Assembly (NCBI GenBank): GCA_934351255.1
Contig: CAKRJH010000003.1
Location: 120,588-184,587 of the forward strand
From: an uncultured Lachnospiraceae bacterium
GTDB lineage: Bacteria > Bacillota > Clostridia > Lachnospirales > Lachnospiraceae
Length of the DNA: 64,000 bases
Direction: 5' to 3'
Shown here piece by piece: positions 58,921 to 64,000 of the stretch. The position numbers were made by a program, and so were the translations under genes. Under the pieces are notes generated by a model. The model saw nothing but the letters and a program-made list of their open reading frames with translations. It did not search any database and was not told the DNA's origin. Position 1 is the first letter of the stretch; each line of letters starts with the position of its first letter.

Positions 58921-59868
58921 CTAATGTTCTTTTCTCTTTAACAAGGAGAAGCACAGGTTGATCACCAGGATAAACAGGAACAGTACCATTCCTGTGGCGA
59001 TCAGCGCCTCTCTGTGAAGTCCGGTCGCATACCCCATCTCAATGACGATGTTCGCCGTCATGGTTCTCACACCGTGAAGAATGCTGTCCGGCATCTGCGG
59101 CTGATTTCCTGCCACCATGATCACCGCCATCGTCTCACCGATCGCACGTCCCACACCCAGGATCACTCCGGCCAGGATACCGGATCTGGCAGCCGGAACG
59201 ATCGTGCGGAATACGCTTCTCTCATGCGTTGCCCCGAGCGCTCTCGCACCCTCATAATAACTGTCAGGCACAGCACGGATCGCAGATTCGCTGACACTGA
59301 CGATCGTCGGCAGGATCATGATGCCAAGCAGTACTGAAGCCGTCAGAATACTGCAGCCATTGGTATTCATCCCAAAGTTGTCTCGCAGCATTCTCACCAG
59401 CGGTACCAGCATCACCAATCCAAAGAAACCATATACGACCGATGGGATTCCGGCCATCAGATCGGAGGCCGGCTTGATCAGCGAATAGATTTTTTTCGGA
59501 CAAAAGCGTGCCATGAACACCGCCGTCAGGATTCCCACCGGCACACCGACGATCACTGCTCCAAGTGTTACCACCACACTTCCTCCGATCATCGGAAGAA
59601 TTCCAAAGGATGGCTGCCCATTGGTCGGAGCCCAGGTCGTTCCCAGCAGGAAATTGGCTGCTCCGATTTTTCTGACCGCCGGAATTCCGTTGGCAAACAG
59701 GAATACACAGATCAGCAGGATCGCCAGAACCGAGAGGAGTGCCATGAGCGTAAATACGACTTTGGCAATCGCCTCTTTCACCCGGTTAATGACTACGCGG
59801 TCCTGCGTAGTCATCACGTTCTGTCTTACCTTTTCCGGACGTTTTGCAACAGAAACCGTCTGTTCCAT
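58921..59868 (-). CDS. pstC: phosphate ABC transporter permease
   Basis: Permease topology. Operon position matches PstC. Confidence 0.85.
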   Translation of the reverse strand: MEQTVSVAKRPEKVRQNVMTTQDRVVINRVKEAIAKVVFTLMALLSVLAILLICVFLFANGIPAVRKIGAANFLLGTTWAPTNGQPSFGILPMIGGSVVVTLGAVIVGVPVGILTAVFMARFCPKKIYSLIKPASDLMAGIPSVVYGFFGLVMLVPLVRMLRDNFGMNTNGCSILTASVLLGIMILPTIVSVSESAIRAVPDSYYEGARALGATHERSVFRTIVPAARSGILAGVILGVGRAIGETMAVIMVAGNQPQMPDSILHGVRTMTANIVIEMGYATGLHREALIATGMVLFLFILVINLCFSLLKRKEH

Positions 59869-59884
59869 AGTTTCTTATCCCCCT

Positions 59885-60796
59885 TTATTTCAGGCTCCAG
59901 TCTGTCAGGTCGCCCACATAGATCTGCTTGATCTGATCCAGACTCAGGTCAGAGATGTCATTTTTGTTGTTTACAATGATCGCGATACCATCCAGAGCAA
60001 TGGCGGTGGCAGTAAGCTTAGATGCCTCATCATCTGACAGTTCACGGGATGCCATGCCAATGTCACAGGTTCCCTCGATGGCAGATGTCATACCGATGGT
60101 AGAATCACTCTGCTGTACCTCGACGGTTACCCCTCCGTTGACTTTCTGATATTCCTCTGCCAGCTTCTCCATAACCGGAGTCACTGAGGAAGATCCGGCT
60201 ACCACCACCTTACCGGAGGCTTTGCTGCTCTCGAAATCTTTTGCGGAATCGTCAATCTTGATGTACTTGTTATCCTCTACAATCGTCTGTCCCTGTGCAC
60301 TCAGGATGAAATTGTAGAAATCCTGAGCGGCGTCAGACATTTTCTTGTCCTTGGAAACTGCTACGTTAAATGGTCTGGATACCTTGTAGGTACCTGCCTT
60401 TACATTGTCTGTGGTCGGCTCTACGCCCTCCACATTGACCGCCTTTACCGTGTCATTTAATGCTCCCATGGAAACATAGCCGATCGCGTTGCTGTCGCTT
60501 GCCACATTGTTCAAAACGACATCGGTGCTGTTCGCGATGATCGCGCTTGTCGTGGTGTGATCGACCTTATTTCCGTCAGCATCCTTTTCCTCGACACCGG
60601 TCAGTTCCACGAATGCCCCGCGGGTTCCGGATCCGTCCTCACGGCTGACCACGGAAATGGTTCCGCTCACGCCGCCCTTGTCTGCGCTTCCGGAAGAAGA
60701 CGCATCCTTATTTCCACAGCCTGTCATCAATGTGATTGCCATCAGTCCGGCCATAGCAACACAACTTGTTTTCTTGAATAATTTTCTCATTCTCAT
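59885..60796 (-). CDS. pstS: phosphate-binding lipoprotein
   Basis: Lipobox LMTGCGNK. PstS-like PBP sequence. Confidence 0.85.
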   Translation of the reverse strand: MRMRKLFKKTSCVAMAGLMAITLMTGCGNKDASSSGSADKGGVSGTISVVSREDGSGTRGAFVELTGVEEKDADGNKVDHTTTSAIIANSTDVVLNNVASDSNAIGYVSMGALNDTVKAVNVEGVEPTTDNVKAGTYKVSRPFNVAVSKDKKMSDAAQDFYNFILSAQGQTIVEDNKYIKIDDSAKDFESSKASGKVVVAGSSSVTPVMEKLAEEYQKVNGGVTVEVQQSDSTIGMTSAIEGTCDIGMASRELSDDEASKLTATAIALDGIAIIVNNKNDISDLSLDQIKQIYVGDLTDWSLK

Positions 60797-60844
60797 TTAC
60801 CTCGTTTCTATATTGTTTTCAACTTACAATCCAAAGTTTACAAA

Positions 60845-60878
60845 ACGAACGTAAAATCTACTATCATCCGAACGTAAA
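60845..60878 (-). promoter_or_regulatory. direct repeat TTTTACGTTCG x2 (about 23-bp periodicity) upstream of pstS; candidate Pho-box
   Basis: cgaacgtaaaa occurs twice on the + strand, at 60845-60855 and 60868-60878, in the pstS promoter region. Confidence 0.3.
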
Positions 60879-60896
60879 AAAAAAGTAAAAATAAAG

Positions 60897-60930
60897 CAAA
60901 AAGGGGACAGACTTTCATCTGTCCCCTTTC
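60897..60930 (-). terminator. rho-independent terminator 3' of the large upstream gene
   Basis: Minus strand: GGGGACAGA-tgaaag-TCTGTCCCC followed by TTTTTGCTTTATTTTTAC. Confidence 0.55.
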
Positions 60931-60946
60931 GGGTCATAGCGCCCTG

Positions 60947-63900
60947 TTAGAAATTTGTGAGAACCCGGGCAAGGGTGTAGGTCACATAATCCGATAATGA
61001 TGTCGTGGAAGGATTGTCCTTATCCTGCACAGAGATGGCGTTTCCCTCTTTATCCAGCAGGGTCACCTCTGCCACCAGACGATAGTTCGCATACATAAAA
61101 TCCGTCTGTTTCGTGGACACATCCACGGCATATTCTACCGGAAGACGATAGACACCATCTTCCAGATTGGCAAAACTTCCGTCTGCTTTTGTCTGGGTAA
61201 ACGTCCACGTATGATCCTTCTGGCTTAATCCCTGACTCTGATACCCGGATGCCTTCCTGACACCGGCCTTTACATAGTCAAGATAACGATCTGTTGTGAT
61301 CTTCTTATAACTCCTGCTGTTCTCTTTCTGTTCCAGATGGAACGTAAACTTCATCATTTGTACCTTTTCCAGTACACTCTTCCAGCCTGTCCAGTTATTA
61401 AAATCGATGACGGCCGTAGCGTTGATCACCTGGGAGCGGTTCTCCGGAAGATCATTCAGGTTGATTCCAAGCTGATCAACATTATCCCCGTTAAACGTCA
61501 GTTCCAGATATCCGGTTTCGTCTTTATAGTAAAAACTCTTAGGCTCCGCGCTGGCTCTCCATGTACTCTCTGTCAATTTGTCGGTCGAGCTTGCGAGTCT
61601 GGCATTGTACTGAAAATGCAGCGACTGTTCCGGTTTTCCATCGGAAACAATAGATGCAGGAACCAATTCCCGGATCGATTCTTTCGACATGGTAAGTGTC
61701 ATCTGCGCCTCCACACAGATATCTCCCGTCTTGTCTGCCGATTTCAGGATATCCGTCCGGACCGGAGACAGATCGATCGCAGCACTCTCTGAATTTACCG
61801 CGCCCAGCACAAGCTTCATTTTTCCTTCTTCCGAAGTCCATGGATAAGAAGCACAGTACACTTTCGTATCAGATCTGACCAACTTGCCGTTCTGATAGTT
61901 ATAATACTGTTTTGTGTCTCCCTTCTGGGAATACACCATAAATGATACCGTTCCGGACGTCCCGGAATCCGTCAGGAAGGAAAGCTCCTCTTTATTATTG
62001 TAAGGAGTGGCAATAAATTCCTGATAGAGTTTATCGGTATTCGCATCATAGCTCTGGCTGCTGTTGAAGGAGATGGTATTTTTCAGATGAATGTCAATAT
62101 TGGCTGTATCCGTATTGATCTTGTGATTCCCATCGTTACTCTGATCCTCCAGTTTCTGTGTGTAACTTGCCAGAATACTATATGTACTCTCCGTATTACT
62201 CCTGTCATCCAGAGATGTTTTGTCATACCGGTGAACCTGGGTAATGTTGCAAGGCGAACTGGTGTCCACCTTCGCTGCCAACGCACCGTTGATGCTGGTC
62301 AGACCGGCAGGCTTGGCACACTTCTCAGGGACATTGACCACCACATAGTAGTTTTCAGACACCTTTTGAGCATTGTCCAAAGTAATGGAATACGCTGTTT
62401 TCCCCTGATCAGCCTCGTTCGATGCATTCTTCAGACGGTAGTATCTGCCGTCCGTCGTCACAACCGTTGCATCCGCTGCATTCTCAGCCTCTATAAACCG
62501 CCCTGCGTTATCCACGGTGGCGGTCGCATGATACAGCCTGCTGACTGCGGTTTCCTGATAGTTCTTCCCTTCCCGGTCAACAAAAGCAGACAGAGGAACC
62601 GTTACTTCATGATGGTTAATGTCAGAAGACTGTACCTTATACGTATAATAGGTATCCTGATCCTGGGTATCCACCAGTGTGATCCTGGAACCGGCAGGGA
62701 GATATCCCTCGGAACAGTCAAAGATCAATTTCTTGTCAAACCCTCTGGTGAGATCTGCTCCGGACTCCATAAAACTCTGCCAGTCAAACTCTGCCGCCTG
62801 ATTCTGGCTGGAATTATAAATCCAGGAAAGATAGCCCGTCATGTCAGCGTCATACTCTACCAGAACGTGTTTCTTCAGTACGTCATATGGCTCAGACGTA
62901 AAGATGCTCTCATCGTTTAAGGTAGCGCAGAAGTCAATCTCCACAATACGGCGGACTACGATAGGAACATAGACCGTCTGCGTATGTTCTCCCGCCGTAA
63001 AGGTTACGGTAAGAAGGGTAAACTGCTTCCTGTCATTGTCGTAATCCTTGCCCATGGAATAGGTAATACCGCCGGCTGAATTCTTTACTATCAGGGAACT
63101 GCCCCCGGTATTCTCAAATTCACTACCATTCCATCGGTATGTTTCACTTTTCGCATCCACAAGTTTCTTTCCCTGCTGCAATGCAAGGGAATATCCACCA
63201 TTGGTCAACAGATCCAGGTATTTGCGGATGTCTGTTCCAATGCTGTTGCCCGCCGCGAGAAGAACCCGGAAATCACTTCCCAAAACGTCTCCCTCGGCTT
63301 CGTTTTGTGTATGGAAGGTCGAAACCTTGTTCGACACATCAAACCCGTTCGTCCCCGTCAGACCGACTCCTGTCGTGGTATATTTCACTCGTCCGCTGTC
63401 CTGCGCCACTCCATTCTTCATCTCCTGATAGATCAGGTCGACATTGTTGTTCACACTGCCTGAATCCATGGCGTTGTAGACAGCGTCACCAAATAAGGTG
63501 CCAAATGCTCCGGAAAAGACGGTTCCGTCTGTGAACCGGCCCTTCGGGCTGGTGATGACGTTTACCTTAGAACCAATTTCCTTATCAATAACGGTGATTG
63601 GAACACTACATGTTTTCCCCTCATACGATGCCGTCAAATTGCTTTCGCCAGCCATGACATTACTGATCGAATTCTTGGACAACTGAACCTTAGTAACATC
63701 GACAGGCATCATGACACCCCTGTTTTCATCATACAGGGCAAACTCAAGTCCCATAGCCGTTTTTAAGTCAGAAACCTGTTCCTCTGTGTTGAAAGAACTC
63801 TTTGTACAGGCGGTGAGAATAAGCTTTGTATAGTTGGCCTGGCTGACAGGTGTTTTTTCGATTTTGATGGTTTTAAACACATCAGCACTATTCTCAAGGG

Positions 63901-64000
63901 TGTATGATTTATAGGCCTGCGTTTCTTTACCAAATAACTCTTGAGCCAAAGAGTTATTCATGGCAGTGGATTTACTTTCTCCCTCAAAGGTATAGGATCT
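60947..64000 (-). CDS. very large hypothetical protein (more than 1017 aa). The N-terminus lies beyond the window edge.
   Basis: The open frame continues without a stop from 63961 to the end of the window. No repeats or known domains were recognised. Confidence 0.55.
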   Translation of the reverse strand, partial: RSYTFEGESKSTAMNNSLAQELFGKETQAYKSYTLENSADVFKTIKIEKTPVSQANYTKLILTACTKSSFNTEEQVSDLKTAMGLEFALYDENRGVMMPVDVTKVQLSKNSISNVMAGESNLTASYEGKTCSVPITVIDKEIGSKVNVITSPKGRFTDGTVFSGAFGTLFGDAVYNAMDSGSVNNNVDLIYQEMKNGVAQDSGRVKYTTTGVGLTGTNGFDVSNKVSTFHTQNEAEGDVLGSDFRVLLAAGNSIGTDIRKYLDLLTNGGYSLALQQGKKLVDAKSETYRWNGSEFENTGGSSLIVKNSAGGITYSMGKDYDNDRKQFTLLTVTFTAGEHTQTVYVPIVVRRIVEIDFCATLNDESIFTSEPYDVLKKHVLVEYDADMTGYLSWIYNSSQNQAAEFDWQSFMESGADLTRGFDKKLIFDCSEGYLPAGSRITLVDTQDQDTYYTYKVQSSDINHHEVTVPLSAFVDREGKNYQETAVSRLYHATATVDNAGRFIEAENAADATVVTTDGRYYRLKNASNEADQGKTAYSITLDNAQKVSENYYVVVNVPEKCAKPAGLTSINGALAAKVDTSSPCNITQVHRYDKTSLDDRSNTESTYSILASYTQKLEDQSNDGNHKINTDTANIDIHLKNTISFNSSQSYDANTDKLYQEFIATPYNNKEELSFLTDSGTSGTVSFMVYSQKGDTKQYYNYQNGKLVRSDTKVYCASYPWTSEEGKMKLVLGAVNSESAAIDLSPVRTDILKSADKTGDICVEAQMTLTMSKESIRELVPASIVSDGKPEQSLHFQYNARLASSTDKLTESTWRASAEPKSFYYKDETGYLELTFNGDNVDQLGINLNDLPENRSQVINATAVIDFNNWTGWKSVLEKVQMMKFTFHLEQKENSRSYKKITTDRYLDYVKAGVRKASGYQSQGLSQKDHTWTFTQTKADGSFANLEDGVYRLPVEYAVDVSTKQTDFMYANYRLVAEVTLLDKEGNAISVQDKDNPSTTSLSDYVTYTLARVLTNF

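Overview
This 64-kb window comes from a high-GC, spore-forming clostridial (Firmicutes) chromosome; the organism is inferred from the gene content. The core carries, in order, rpmB, asp23 and a DAK2 gene; ytfI and ytfJ; a very large two-domain GT-C glycosyltransferase; a double activase/dehydratase fusion of about 1400 aa; the conserved UPF0210/ACT pair; a SpoIID-like gene; glgA; spo0A; an iorAB/paaK arylacetate module; and a pst, phoU, nptA and phoPR phosphate supercluster. A roughly 9.4-kb AT-rich island (about 25.4 to 34.8 kb) sits next to a tRNA-Thr(CGT) gene and ends in a tyrosine recombinase. Its cargo is one tightly packed minus-strand operon encoding a membrane-anchored protein, an SPFH-SHOCT protein, a zinc-ribbon TIR protein with two C-terminal TM helices, an 887-aa FtsK/HerA-type P-loop ATPase, a highly acidic protein and a small HNH/EndoVII-like nuclease. 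The last two can be fused by a dnaX-type A_AAA_AAG -1 frameshift site, and an immunity-like gene follows. I regard this operon as the best candidate in the window for an undescribed TIR-plus-HerA-like defence system. On the other side of the tRNA, a 21-bp duplication of the tRNA 3' end flanks a 775-bp remnant. The remnant holds an orphan Phd/YefM antitoxin and five iteron-like repeats of about 32 bp. At two distant loci (16.0 kb and 56.1 kb) there are tandem arrays of an approximately 90-bp unit containing two hairpins whose stems differ between the loci by compensatory substitutions. Together these look like an unannotated structured repeat family. Other observations are a 24-bp coding tandem repeat in the SpoIID-like gene, convergent gene overlaps, a truncated pyruvate-kinase-like gene, a cellulose-synthase-like module with a giant BspA-type LRR surface protein, and Pho-box-like direct repeats upstream of pstS. 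Coordinates of non-CDS features may be off by 1 to 2 nt because they were read off the numbered sequence lines by eye.
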